Positions 10,605-19,264 of a stretch of DNA of 40,192 bases are shown in pieces. The translations under genes and the position numbers were made by a program. Within the stretch, counting starts at the first letter, position 1. Each line of letters starts with the position of its first letter. The notes under the pieces were generated by a model. The model did no database searches, was not told where the DNA came from, and saw nothing but the letters and a program-made list of their open reading frames with translations. The stretch is from Acidimicrobiia bacterium (GTDB lineage Bacteria > Actinomycetota > Acidimicrobiia > IMCC26256 > JACDBD01). The DNA is taken from NCBI GenBank assembly GCA_036374115.1, contig DASUUL010000057.1, positions 1 through 40,192 on the forward strand, written 5' to 3'.

Positions 10605-11811
10605 GACGTCCGCGCCGGTACTCCACGATCCTGCCACGTACGACCGCGGCTTCCCCTACGAGTACTTCCGAGAGTTGCGAGAGCACGATCCGGTCTCGCA
10701 CCACGAGCACCCGCGCTGGGCGAACGGCTACTGGTCGCTCACCCGCCACGCCGACGTCCAGCGGGCCTCGCGTGACTCGGCGACGTTCCACAACGCCCCC
10801 CACCCGTTCCTGGAGGAAGCCGCCGACGACGACCAGTCGGGCACCTCCGAGCTGCTCATCTCGCACGACCCCCCCGAGCACACGAAGCTGCGCAAGCTGA
10901 TCAACGCCGGCTTCACGCCGCGGCGCGTGAAGGACCTCACCGACAGGATCCAGGCCCGTGTCGACGACCTGTTCGAGGGGCTACGCGACCAGACCTCCTG
11001 CGACCTGGTCGAAGACCTCGCCCTCTGGCTCCCCCTGCACGTGATCGCGGACCTCGTCGGCGTACCGGAGGAAGACCGGCGCCAGGTGTTCGACTGGACC
11101 GAGCTGACGTTCGGGTTCGACCCGTCGGTCTCCCAGGACCAGCGCGGCGAGGCGGCGATGGCGATGTACGCCTACGCCGACCAGCTGTGCGAGGAGCGCC
11201 GGCGAGAGCCCCGTGACGATCTCATGAGCGTGCTCATCGAGGCCGAGGTCGACGGCGAGCGGCTGACGCAGATGCAGCTCGACCTGTTCTTCCTGCTCCT
11301 CCAGAACGCCGGCAGCGAGACCACCCGAAACCTCATCACCACGGGCACACTCGCGCTCCTCGAGCAGCCCGAGCAGCTCGACAAGCTCCGCGGCGATCTC
11401 ACCCTCATGCCCCAGGCGATCGAGGAGCTGCTGCGGTTCGTGAGTCCGGTGATGCAGTTCGTGCGCACGGCGGTGGCCGACACCGAGGTCGGCGGCCAGC
11501 CGATCGCGGCGGGCGACCGCGTGGTGCTCTGGTACGCGTCGGCCAACCGCGATCGGCGCGCCTTCGGCGACCCCGACCACGTCGACATCATGCGCGAGCC
11601 CAACGACCACGTCGCCTTCGGCGCCGGCGGGCCGCATTACTGCCTGGGCGCGAGCCTGGCCCGCCTCGAGGGCAAGATCATGTTCGAGGCCATCGTCACC
11701 CGGTTCGAGGGCCTCGAGATCGACGGCGACCCCGACCACTTCCCCCGGGTCCACTCCAACCTCATCGACGGCTTCGCCCACCTCCCGATCCGCTACGCCG
11801 GCATCCGCTGA
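10603..11811 (+). CDS. Cytochrome P450 monooxygenase.
   Basis: I-helix NAGSETT, ExxR (IEELLRF) and Cys-ligand loop FGAGGPHYCLGASLA. ATG at 10603. Confidence 0.9.
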   Translation: MTSAPVLHDPATYDRGFPYEYFRELREHDPVSHHEHPRWANGYWSLTRHADVQRASRDSATFHNAPHPFLEEAADDDQSGTSELLISHDPPEHTKLRKLINAGFTPRRVKDLTDRIQARVDDLFEGLRDQTSCDLVEDLALWLPLHVIADLVGVPEEDRRQVFDWTELTFGFDPSVSQDQRGEAAMAMYAYADQLCEERRREPRDDLMSVLIEAEVDGERLTQMQLDLFFLLLQNAGSETTRNLITTGTLALLEQPEQLDKLRGDLTLMPQAIEELLRFVSPVMQFVRTAVADTEVGGQPIAAGDRVVLWYASANRDRRAFGDPDHVDIMREPNDHVAFGAGGPHYCLGASLARLEGKIMFEAIVTRFEGLEIDGDPDHFPRVHSNLIDGFAHLPIRYAGIR

Positions 11812-11822
11812 AGGGCCGTTCT

Positions 11823-11861
11823 GGCGTCGCTGAGCCGGATATCTTCCGGTCGAGCGACGCC
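11823..11861. terminator. Bidirectional hairpin between the convergent P450 and FtsX-permease genes.
   Basis: ggcgtcgctgagccgga-tatct-tccggtcgagcgacgcc forms a ~17-bp imperfect stem (outer 9 bp and inner 5 bp are perfect). Flanking GGCCG/CGGCC (11814-11818 and 11867-11871) can extend it. There is no clear U-tract. Confidence 0.5.
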
Positions 11862-11884
11862 AAATCGGCCCTCGTCGCCGACCG

Positions 11885-14443
11885 TTACTCGGTCGCGATC
11901 GCGCGGAGCACGTCGAGGCGGGCGGCGCCGCGGGCGGGGCGGACGCCCGCGAGCACGCCCGCGACCGCGCCCGCCGCCAGCACCACGAGCAGCTGACCGA
12001 CCGGCGCCGAGAAGCGGCCGACGTCGGAGAACGGCCCGCCCGACGCCGCCTGCACGAGTGCCCAGCCCAGGAACACGCCCAGGCCGAGGCCGCCGATCGT
12101 GCCGAACACCGCGATCACCACCGACTCCCCGCGGATCATCGAGCGCAGCTGGCGGCGCGTCTGGCCCACCGCCCGGAGCAGGCCCAGCTCGCGAGTCCGC
12201 TCGTGGATCGACAGCGACAGCGTGTTGGCGATGCCCATCAGGGCGATGACGATCGCGAGGGCGAGCATCACGTAGACGATGCCGAGCATGGTGTCGACAC
12301 CGGCGGAAACCGTGCTCACGTACTCCTCGGCGTCCTCCACGTCGGGCGCTCCGTGGTCGGCGGCGACCGCCTCGACCGCGGCGCGGCCGTCTGCGAGCGA
12401 CACGCCGTCGGCGAGCGCGATGAGCACGCTCGAGTCGACGTCCTGCACCGCGTGCGGCGCCCACGCCTGGCGGGTCACGACGTACTCGCCGACGATGGTG
12501 CTGGAGTCGTAGACCGCGCCCACCTCGAAGTCGGCGGTCTCGCCGTCGACGAAGGTGACCGCGACGGGGGTCCCGACCTCCCAGTCGTTCTCGTCGGCGA
12601 CCGAGTCCGAGATCGCGACCTCCTCGGCCCCGAGGTCCTCGATCGAGCCCTCGGCCACGTCGAGGTCGAGCACACCGGCGATCGTGCCCGGGTCGACGAT
12701 GCCCACGGGCTCGGTGTCGCCGTCGAAGGCGACACGCGCCCGGCCGATGCCCTGCGCCGCCTCCACCTCCGCGAGCTCGGCGAGGTCGGTTGCGAGCTCG
12801 GGGCTGAGGCCGCTGCCCCCGAACGGCCCCGTGCTGATCACGAGGTCGCCCTGGAACGACTGCGACACGCTCTGGTCGAGCGACGACTTCAACGACGCCG
12901 CGAACACGGTGAAGAGCGTGACCACCCCGACTCCGACCATGAGCGCAGCGGCCGTGCCCGACGTGCGGCGGGGGTTGCGCATGGCGTTCTGGCGGGCGAG
13001 CGACCCGGGGAGGCCCCGGAGCGCCGGCAGGGGCGCGCCGATGACGGCGCTGGCGGGCCGGGCCACGACCGGTCCGAACACCACCACGCCCACCAGCGTG
13101 AGCAATGCCCCCAAGCCTGCCCGGGCGAGCACGTTGGCGCCACTGCCCAGCACCGCGCTCAGCACCACGGCGACGCCGATCGACGCGAGGCCCGCGCCGG
13201 CGACCGCCCGCACGAGCGAGCCGGCGCTGCGGTCGACGGCGACGTCGCGCAACGCCGCCAGCGGTGCGACCCGGGAAGCGCGCACCGCCGGCGCGACCGC
13301 GGCCACGACCGTCGCGCCGATCCCGGCGGCCAGGCCGGTCGCGACCGTCGTGCCCCGGAACACGAGCCCGCCTGCCGGCAGTGCGAACCCGAAGGCGTCG
13401 AACATCGCCTTCAGCAGGCCGGCGATGCCGAACCCTCCCAGGATCCCGAGGCCCGACGCGACCACGCCGATGAGCACGGCCTCGATCGCGACCGAGCCGA
13501 GCACCTGAGCCCGCCCGGCACCGAGCGCGCGCAGCAGCGCGGACTCGCGGCCCCGCTGGGCGACCAGGATCGAGAACGTGTTGTAGATGCTGAACGTGGC
13601 GACGAGCAGTGCCACCGCGGCGAAGATCGTGAGGAACGTGCGGAGCATGTCGAGGAACTCCTCGTTGATGTCGTCGATGCTCTCGCTCGCCAGTTCGTCA
13701 CCCGTGATGACCTCGGCGCCGGCGGGCAGCACCTCGCCGATCCGCGCCGTCAACTCGCTCGCCGGCACACCCGGCTCGGCCCGAACCACGACGCTCGACA
13801 CCGTGTCGGGGCGCTCCACCAGGTACTCCTGCGCCGCCCCGAGGGTGAAGGCCGCGTACGTCGACGCCCCGATGCCGTCCTCGGAGCCGAAGGTCGCGAT
13901 GCCCACGATCTCCACCTCCACCGCGGCAGGCGTCAGCACGGTGGTGGTGTCGCCGACGTCGAGATCGCCGTCCTCGGCCGCGCCGCGGTTGATCACGACC
14001 TCCTCGGCGGTGCGGGGCGCGCGCCCTTCGGCGATCTCGTAGGGGTTGAGCTCCGGGTCGTCGATCCAGTTCCCCGCCAGGGTCGGCGGACCGTTCCCGC
14101 CGAGAGCGTCGCCGTCGTTGCCGAGCAACTGGCCGTAGCCCTCGATCGACCCCTCGGCGACGGCGACCCCGGTGACCGCGGCGACCTCGCCGACGAGTGA
14201 GTCGTCGAGTAGGCCGCGCTGGGCGTCGGGTTCGCCCGGGTCGGTGTCGAGCGTGGTCGTTCGGCGGACGACGGCATCGGTGCCGGCGTTCGCCTCCGTG
14301 AGCAGGTCGGAGAAGTTGGCCCGCATCGTGTCGCCGAGCGCGATCGTCCCGGAGAGGAACGCCACGCCCAGGAACACCGCGAGCACCGTGCTGACCATGC
14401 GGCGCTTGTGCGCCCACAGGCCCTTCAAGCTCACCTTGACCAT
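11885..14443 (-). CDS. ABC transporter permease with two FtsX domains (MacB-like, 852 aa).
   Basis: N-terminus MVKVSLKGLWAHKRRMVSTVLAVFLGVAF. There are two repeats of a large extracytoplasmic loop followed by an FtsX-type 3-TM bundle (...RELGLLRAVGQTRRQL...). The gene lies 9 nt downstream of the ATPase gene, with GGAG before the ATG. Confidence 0.9.
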   Translation of the reverse strand: MVKVSLKGLWAHKRRMVSTVLAVFLGVAFLSGTIALGDTMRANFSDLLTEANAGTDAVVRRTTTLDTDPGEPDAQRGLLDDSLVGEVAAVTGVAVAEGSIEGYGQLLGNDGDALGGNGPPTLAGNWIDDPELNPYEIAEGRAPRTAEEVVINRGAAEDGDLDVGDTTTVLTPAAVEVEIVGIATFGSEDGIGASTYAAFTLGAAQEYLVERPDTVSSVVVRAEPGVPASELTARIGEVLPAGAEVITGDELASESIDDINEEFLDMLRTFLTIFAAVALLVATFSIYNTFSILVAQRGRESALLRALGAGRAQVLGSVAIEAVLIGVVASGLGILGGFGIAGLLKAMFDAFGFALPAGGLVFRGTTVATGLAAGIGATVVAAVAPAVRASRVAPLAALRDVAVDRSAGSLVRAVAGAGLASIGVAVVLSAVLGSGANVLARAGLGALLTLVGVVVFGPVVARPASAVIGAPLPALRGLPGSLARQNAMRNPRRTSGTAAALMVGVGVVTLFTVFAASLKSSLDQSVSQSFQGDLVISTGPFGGSGLSPELATDLAELAEVEAAQGIGRARVAFDGDTEPVGIVDPGTIAGVLDLDVAEGSIEDLGAEEVAISDSVADENDWEVGTPVAVTFVDGETADFEVGAVYDSSTIVGEYVVTRQAWAPHAVQDVDSSVLIALADGVSLADGRAAVEAVAADHGAPDVEDAEEYVSTVSAGVDTMLGIVYVMLALAIVIALMGIANTLSLSIHERTRELGLLRAVGQTRRQLRSMIRGESVVIAVFGTIGGLGLGVFLGWALVQAASGGPFSDVGRFSAPVGQLLVVLAAGAVAGVLAGVRPARGAARLDVLRAIATE

Positions 14444-14452
14444 GTCAGCTCC

Positions 14453-15208
14453 TCACCCTCCGAAGTCCTTCAGCCGGTCGAGGACACGCGATGCGGTGGG
14501 GTCGGCCATCCGGTCGACGATGCCGCCGTCGGCCAGGAACACGACCGAGTCGGCATAGCTCGCCGCCGCGGGGTCGTGGGTCACCATCACGATCGTCTGC
14601 CCGAGCTCGTCGACGGCGCGGCGCATGAACCCGAGGATCTCCGCGCCCGCGCGGGAGTCGAGGTTCCCGGTGGGCTCGTCGGCGAAGACGATGTCGGGTC
14701 GGCCCGCGAGTGCGCGCGCCACCGCGACGCGCTGTTGCTGGCCGCCCGACAGCTCCGACGGCCGGTGGTCGAGCCGGTCGCCCAACCCCACGGTGTCGAC
14801 GATCCCGTCGAGCCAGCCGGGCTCGGCCCGGCGGCGGGCCAGCGCCATCGGCAGCGTGATGTTCTCGAGCGCGTCGAGGGTCGGGATCAGGTTGTAGGCC
14901 TGGAACACGAACCCGATGCGGTCCCGGCGCAGGAGCGTGAGCTGCTTCTCGGACAGCGCGCTCACGGCGACGTCGCCGAGGAACACGTCGCCTTCCGTGA
15001 CGCGGTCGAGCCCGGCGAGGCAGTGCAGCAACGTCGACTTGCCCGAGCCCGAGGGGCCCATGATCGCGGTGAACCCACCGCGATCGAAGCCGACGCTGAC
15101 CCCCGCGAGGGCCTCCACCCGGGTTGCTTCGTTCTTGCCGTAGACCTTCCAGACGTCGACGGCGCGGGCGGCGAGGTCGACTTGTGCGCGTGTTGCGGTC
15201 GTCGTCAC
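14453..15208 (-). CDS. ABC transporter ATP-binding protein (MacB/LolD-type).
   Basis: Walker A GPSGSGKST, signature LSGGQQQRVAVARA, Walker B VFADEPTGNLD and H-loop THD. GTG start with GGAGG 8 nt upstream. Confidence 0.9.
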   Translation of the reverse strand: MTTTATRAQVDLAARAVDVWKVYGKNEATRVEALAGVSVGFDRGGFTAIMGPSGSGKSTLLHCLAGLDRVTEGDVFLGDVAVSALSEKQLTLLRRDRIGFVFQAYNLIPTLDALENITLPMALARRRAEPGWLDGIVDTVGLGDRLDHRPSELSGGQQQRVAVARALAGRPDIVFADEPTGNLDSRAGAEILGFMRRAVDELGQTIVMVTHDPAAASYADSVVFLADGGIVDRMADPTASRVLDRLKDFGG

Positions 15209-15328
15209 GACGAGGACCTCCGGTTCGGGGGTTCGTACCTGCTTCTTCGCCGATCGTGGCGAAGCGGGCCGCGCCGGTCGTCGCCCGGGGGGAGGCTCTT
15301 CGGCTACTGCGGCTGCGGTAGCCGGGGG

Positions 15329-15994
15329 TTACTCGGCCCAGCCCGGTCGTACGAGGCCGGACTCGTACGCGATGACCACGAGCTGGGCGCGATCGTGCGC
15401 GCCGAGCTTCACCATCGCCCGGCTCACGTGCGTCTTGGCGGTTGCCGGGCTCACGAAGAGCCGTTCCGCGATCTCCTCGTTCGAGAGACCGGCCGCGACC
15501 AGGGTCATCACCTCGCGCTCGCGCCCGGTCAGCGAGTCGAGCTCGGGGCCGGCTTGCGGCTCCTTGGCCCGGGTGGCGAACTCGGCGATGAGGCGGCGGG
15601 TGACGCTCGGTGAGAGCAGCGCATCGCCCTCGGCGACGGTCCGCACCGCCCGGATGAGCTCCACCGGCTCGGTGTCCTTCACGAGGAAGCCGCTGGCGCC
15701 GGCACGCAGCGCCTCGAACACGTACTCGTCGACCTCGAACGTGGTGAGGATCACGCACCGGACACCCGCGAGCCGCTCGTCAGCGGCGATCGCCCGGGTG
15801 GCGGCGAGACCGTCGAGGCGGGGCATGCGGATGTCCATCAGCACGACGTCGGGATGCAGCTCCCTCGCCCGGGCGATCGCCTCCTCGCCGTCGGCGGCCT
15901 CCCCGACGATCTCGACGTCGTCTTGGGCGTCGAGGAGGGCGCGGAAGCCGGCGCGCACGAGCGCCTGGTCGTCGGCAAGGAGCACGCGGATCAC
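15329..15994 (-). CDS. Two-component response regulator, NarL/LuxR family.
   Basis: The receiver domain reads IRVLLADDQ...DVVLMDIRMP with a conserved Lys region. The C-terminal LuxR HTH reads LTGREREVMTLVAAGLSNEEIAERLFVSPATAKTHV. GTGA overlap with the kinase gene. Confidence 0.9.
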   Translation of the reverse strand: MIRVLLADDQALVRAGFRALLDAQDDVEIVGEAADGEEAIARARELHPDVVLMDIRMPRLDGLAATRAIAADERLAGVRCVILTTFEVDEYVFEALRAGASGFLVKDTEPVELIRAVRTVAEGDALLSPSVTRRLIAEFATRAKEPQAGPELDSLTGREREVMTLVAAGLSNEEIAERLFVSPATAKTHVSRAMVKLGAHDRAQLVVIAYESGLVRPGWAE

Positions 15995-17175
15995 CCGGCA
16001 CCCGCCCAGCCGTCGAGCGGGAGCCGCGCCCGCACCCGGAACCCGCCTCCCGGTCGGGGGCCGGCCTCGAGCTGCCCTCCGAGCGCCCGCGCCCGCTCCC
16101 GCATCCCGGTGATGCCCTGGCCCGCGCCCCTGGCGCGACCGGCGGCCGCGGTCCCCGGCCCGTCGTCGTCGACCTGCAGGGTCAGCTCCCGCTCGGAGTA
16201 CCCGATCCGCACCGTCGCGGTGGCCGGTCCGGCGTGCCGGGTGACGTTGGTGAGCGCCTCCTGCACGATGCGGAAGGCAGCGACGTCGACGTCGGAGGGC
16301 ATCGAGCGGACCGGACCGTCACGCTCGAGCCGGACGGTGAGCCCCGCGCCCTCGGCACGCGCGACGAGCCCGTCGAGGTCGCCCAGACCGGGTGCCGGCG
16401 TGCGGGGCTCGGCCTTGTCCACCTGGCGGAGCACGCCGAGCACCGAGCGCAGCTCACGCAGCGCGTCCTTGCTCGCGTCCTTGATCGCGGTCATGGCCGT
16501 GCGCGCCTGAGCCGGCTCGTCGTCGAGGAGGTGCAGGGCCACCCCGGCCTGCACGTTGATGAGCGAGATGTTGTGGGCGAGCACGTCGTGCAGCTCCCGG
16601 GCGATCCGCATTCGCTCCTCACCGGCCCGGCGACGCGTCTCCTCCTCCCGAGTGTGCGCGGCTTCGACCACGCGCTCGCCCCGGATGCGCACGAGCTCGG
16701 CCGCGACCAACACCACGAGCAGCCACGCCGCGGTACCGGCGGCGTTGGCGCCCGACGGCGGCCCCTTGTCGTCGAGGTGCCACTGGATGACGAGGTACAG
16801 CGAATAGCCGACACCGCCCGCGACCCAGGAGAGGAGGCGATACCCGCCGGCGACGGCACTGAAGAACGCGACGACCAGCGCGAGGAACACCGGGCCGTGC
16901 GGATTGTCGAGCGCGAAGTAGCCGAGCGTGATCGCGAGCGCGCCCAGGAGCACGGCCGCCGGATACCGGCGCCGGACCACGAGCAGCGCCGGCCCCGCGA
17001 GCAGCAGGAGGAAGGTCAGCGCGTTCAGCGAGACGGTGTCGTCCTGCTGACGAGCGGCGCCGATGGTGCCCATGACCTGGAACACGGCCACCACGAGCGG
17101 GACGACCCACGCGGGCGCCGCCGCCAGCCAGCGGCCATCCCCCACCGGGGGGTGCGTCGGTGCGTTCCAGCTCAC
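15991..17175 (-). CDS. Sensor histidine kinase, HisKA_3 (NarX/DesK/LiaS-like), with a membrane-embedded N-terminus.
   Basis: About five hydrophobic segments are followed by the H-box ARELHDVLAHNIS, then an HATPase region (EALTNVTRHA, DDGPG, GITGMRERA). Confidence 0.9.
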   Translation of the reverse strand: MSWNAPTHPPVGDGRWLAAAPAWVVPLVVAVFQVMGTIGAARQQDDTVSLNALTFLLLLAGPALLVVRRRYPAAVLLGALAITLGYFALDNPHGPVFLALVVAFFSAVAGGYRLLSWVAGGVGYSLYLVIQWHLDDKGPPSGANAAGTAAWLLVVLVAAELVRIRGERVVEAAHTREEETRRRAGEERMRIARELHDVLAHNISLINVQAGVALHLLDDEPAQARTAMTAIKDASKDALRELRSVLGVLRQVDKAEPRTPAPGLGDLDGLVARAEGAGLTVRLERDGPVRSMPSDVDVAAFRIVQEALTNVTRHAGPATATVRIGYSERELTLQVDDDGPGTAAAGRARGAGQGITGMRERARALGGQLEAGPRPGGGFRVRARLPLDGWAGAG

Positions 17176-17283
17176 ACCCGCACGGTAGGCGTCGCCCTGT
17201 GCCCCGTCGTCGAACCCGGGGGTGGGCCGTCGCTACGCCGCCGGGCGCAGCGCAGCGACCCTAGCTACCCCGGCCGGCGTATG

Positions 17284-17297
17284 CGAACATGTGTTCG
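17284..17297. promoter_or_regulatory. LexA-type SOS box (CGAAC-N4-GTTCG) overlapping the dinB start.
   Basis: The sequence CGAACATGTGTTCG has perfect GAAC/GTTC arms with 4-nt spacing, matching the Gram-positive/mycobacterial LexA consensus. It sits on candidate GTG starts at 17291 and 17297 of a DNA-damage polymerase gene. Confidence 0.6.
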
Positions 17298-18487
17298 TGT
17301 CCGGGGGCGCCACGATCCTCCATGCCGACCTCGACGCCTTCTATGCGTCGGTGGAGCAGCGCGACGACCCCCGGCTGCGGGGCCGTCCCGTGATCGTGGG
17401 CGAGGGCGTGGTGCTGGCGGCCAGCTACGAGGCGCGGGCGTACGGCGTCCGGGGCGCGATGGGCGGTCGGGAGGCCCGTCGACGCTGCCCGCACGCGGTC
17501 GTGGTGCCACCACGGATGGCCGCGTACGAGGAGGCGAGCAGGGCGGTGTTCGCGGTGTTCGACGACACGACACCGCTCGTCGAGGCGCTGTCGGTCGACG
17601 AGGCCTTCCTCGAAGTCGGCGGGCTCGCTCGGATCGCGGGCCCGCCGATCGAGATCGCGCGCGGCCTGCGCCGTGCCGTCCGCGACCGGGTGGGTCTCCC
17701 CATCACCGTGGGCGTCGCACGGACGAAGTTCCTCGCCAAGGTGGCGAGCGGCGTCGCCAAGCCCGACGGGCTGCTCGTGGTGCCACCCCGGGCCGAGATC
17801 GACTTCCTCCATCCCCTCCCGGTGGAGCGGATCTGGGGCATCGGGACCAAGACCGCGCCCAGGCTCCATGCGCGCGGTATCCGCACCGTCGCCGACCTCG
17901 CCCGCCTGACGGAGGCCACGCTCGTCTCGATGCTGGGGACGGCGGCAGGCAGGCACGTCCACGCCCTGGCCCACAACCGCGACCCCCGACCCGTGCAGAC
18001 CCGCCGCCGGCGCCGGTCCGTCGCCGCGCAGCGCGCCCTCGGCCGCGGCCGGCGAGCGCCCGCCGCCGTCGATGCGGTCGTCGTCGCCCTCGTCGACCGC
18101 GTCACCCGCCGGCTCCGGGCAGCCGGCCGGGTGGGCCGCACCGTGGTGCTACGGGTCCGCTTCGACGACTTCTCACGCGCGCTGCGCGCCCACACGGTCC
18201 CGCAGGCGACGGCGCACAGCGGCACCGTCCTCGCCGCCGCCCGCGACCTCGTCGCCGCCCTCTGGCCTGCCATCGAAGGCCGCGGCCTCACGCTGATCGG
18301 TGTGGGCTTGACGAACCTCCAGGACGACGGCGCCGTCCAGCTCGCCCTTCCGTTCGAGCCGCGCTCGGGCCGCGATCTCGACGCCGCTCTCGACGCCGTC
18401 CGCGACCGCTTCGGCTCGGATGCGGTCACCCGTGCCGTCCTGCTCGGCCGCGAGCTGGGCCCGTCGGTGCCCCTGCTTCCCGACTGA
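17291..18487 (+). CDS. dinB: DNA polymerase IV (Y-family).
   Basis: ILHADLDAFYASVEQ, SVDEAFLEV and a little-finger region are present. GTG at 17291 gives the canonical short N-terminus; the listed ORF start at 17222 adds a non-conserved extension. Confidence 0.9.
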   Translation: MFVSGGATILHADLDAFYASVEQRDDPRLRGRPVIVGEGVVLAASYEARAYGVRGAMGGREARRRCPHAVVVPPRMAAYEEASRAVFAVFDDTTPLVEALSVDEAFLEVGGLARIAGPPIEIARGLRRAVRDRVGLPITVGVARTKFLAKVASGVAKPDGLLVVPPRAEIDFLHPLPVERIWGIGTKTAPRLHARGIRTVADLARLTEATLVSMLGTAAGRHVHALAHNRDPRPVQTRRRRRSVAAQRALGRGRRAPAAVDAVVVALVDRVTRRLRAAGRVGRTVVLRVRFDDFSRALRAHTVPQATAHSGTVLAAARDLVAALWPAIEGRGLTLIGVGLTNLQDDGAVQLALPFEPRSGRDLDAALDAVRDRFGSDAVTRAVLLGRELGPSVPLLPD

Positions 18488-18499
18488 GCCGGCTCCACG

Positions 18500-18646
18500 T
18501 CAGGGGACGGGCGCGGCTCGCGCGCGCTCGATCAACGCTTCGACCTTGTCGAGGACGAGGTCCTTCCGGCGGCGGTCGTCGATGGGACCGGCGATCCGGG
18601 CAACGACGGGTACCGATCGGGAGCCGAGACGCTCGCTTCGAACAGC
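18500..18646 (-). other. Orphan 48-codon coding-like frame without a start codon (...VPVVARIAGPIDDRRRKDLVLDKVEALIERARAAPVP*). Either a gene 3' remnant or the true frameshifted tail of the VOC gene.
   Basis: My own translation of the minus strand shows natural amino-acid composition and high GC3. The overlapping annotated VOC tail is low-complexity (PSLPGSPVPSTTAAGRTSSSTRSKR). This frame lies where composition returns to high GC. Confidence 0.3.
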
Positions 18647-19134
18647 TCACGTGGCCAGTAGCGAACCGCCGTGATCGCGTCCGCCTCGATGAGATCGGCC
18701 CTGACGCGGTCGTAGTCGTAGGAGTTGAGCTCGTACTGGTTGCCCCAGGGGTCCACGAGATCGAAGGCCCAGCACAGGTCGAAGTCGATGACGTCGCTCG
18801 GGACCAGTGGTTTGCCCAGCGGGCTGTTGATCTCGCCCGGGAGAGATCGGGTGAACGAGATGAAGGTCTGCGCGTCGACGCTGAACGCAACACCCGTCTT
18901 CTGAGGAATCATCGGGTGTCCTTCGCTGGCTTCGAACAACGCCAGCATGGTGTGGCCGCCGTCAGCCGAGATCTGGAGCGGGCCGCCCTCAAAGCCTGTC
19001 GCCCAGAACTCGTACTTCTCTACGGGTGCAAACCCAAGGTGCTCCGCGTACCAGGCCGCAGCCTCGGCTCTGTCGGGCACGCGAATGTGTACATGGTCGA
19101 GCCTGCCCATACGGAACTTCGTGTCGTTGGCCAT
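18532..19134 (-). CDS. VOC / glyoxalase-bleomycin-resistance-dioxygenase family protein.
   Basis: RLDHVHIRVPDRAEAAAWYAEHLGF is the typical first beta-alpha-beta-beta-beta module, and DPWGNQYEL the typical second. The start is taken at ATG 19134 (GTG 19143 is possible). GC is visibly lower than in the flanks. The last ~40 codons are doubtful. Confidence 0.7.
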   Translation of the reverse strand: MANDTKFRMGRLDHVHIRVPDRAEAAAWYAEHLGFAPVEKYEFWATGFEGGPLQISADGGHTMLALFEASEGHPMIPQKTGVAFSVDAQTFISFTRSLPGEINSPLGKPLVPSDVIDFDLCWAFDLVDPWGNQYELNSYDYDRVRADLIEADAITAVRYWPRELFEASVSAPDRYPSLPGSPVPSTTAAGRTSSSTRSKR

Positions 19135-19264
19135 GGTGTCCACACTAGAGAGCCAGGGCCCCGGTGGCTTGTACGAACGTAACCTCCAGAGGCAGCGCGA
19201 CCATCAGCCGGCGATGCCGCCCCCGTTCGGGAAGTTGGCGCCGACCAGCGCCGTCACCGCGGTG

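Noticed and set aside
8515-10775. ORFs 8515..10251 (-, 578 aa) and 8970..10775 (+, 601 aa) overlapping the permease and pncB genes.
   Set aside because: They are out-of-frame or antisense shadows of the permease and NAPRTase genes, and their sequences are repetitive RRxR/GRxG text.
16234-19182. 982-aa plus-strand ORF spanning the kinase, dinB and VOC loci.
   Set aside because: It crosses three independently supported genes on both strands, is dominated by Arg/Pro/Gly, and has no recognisable domain.
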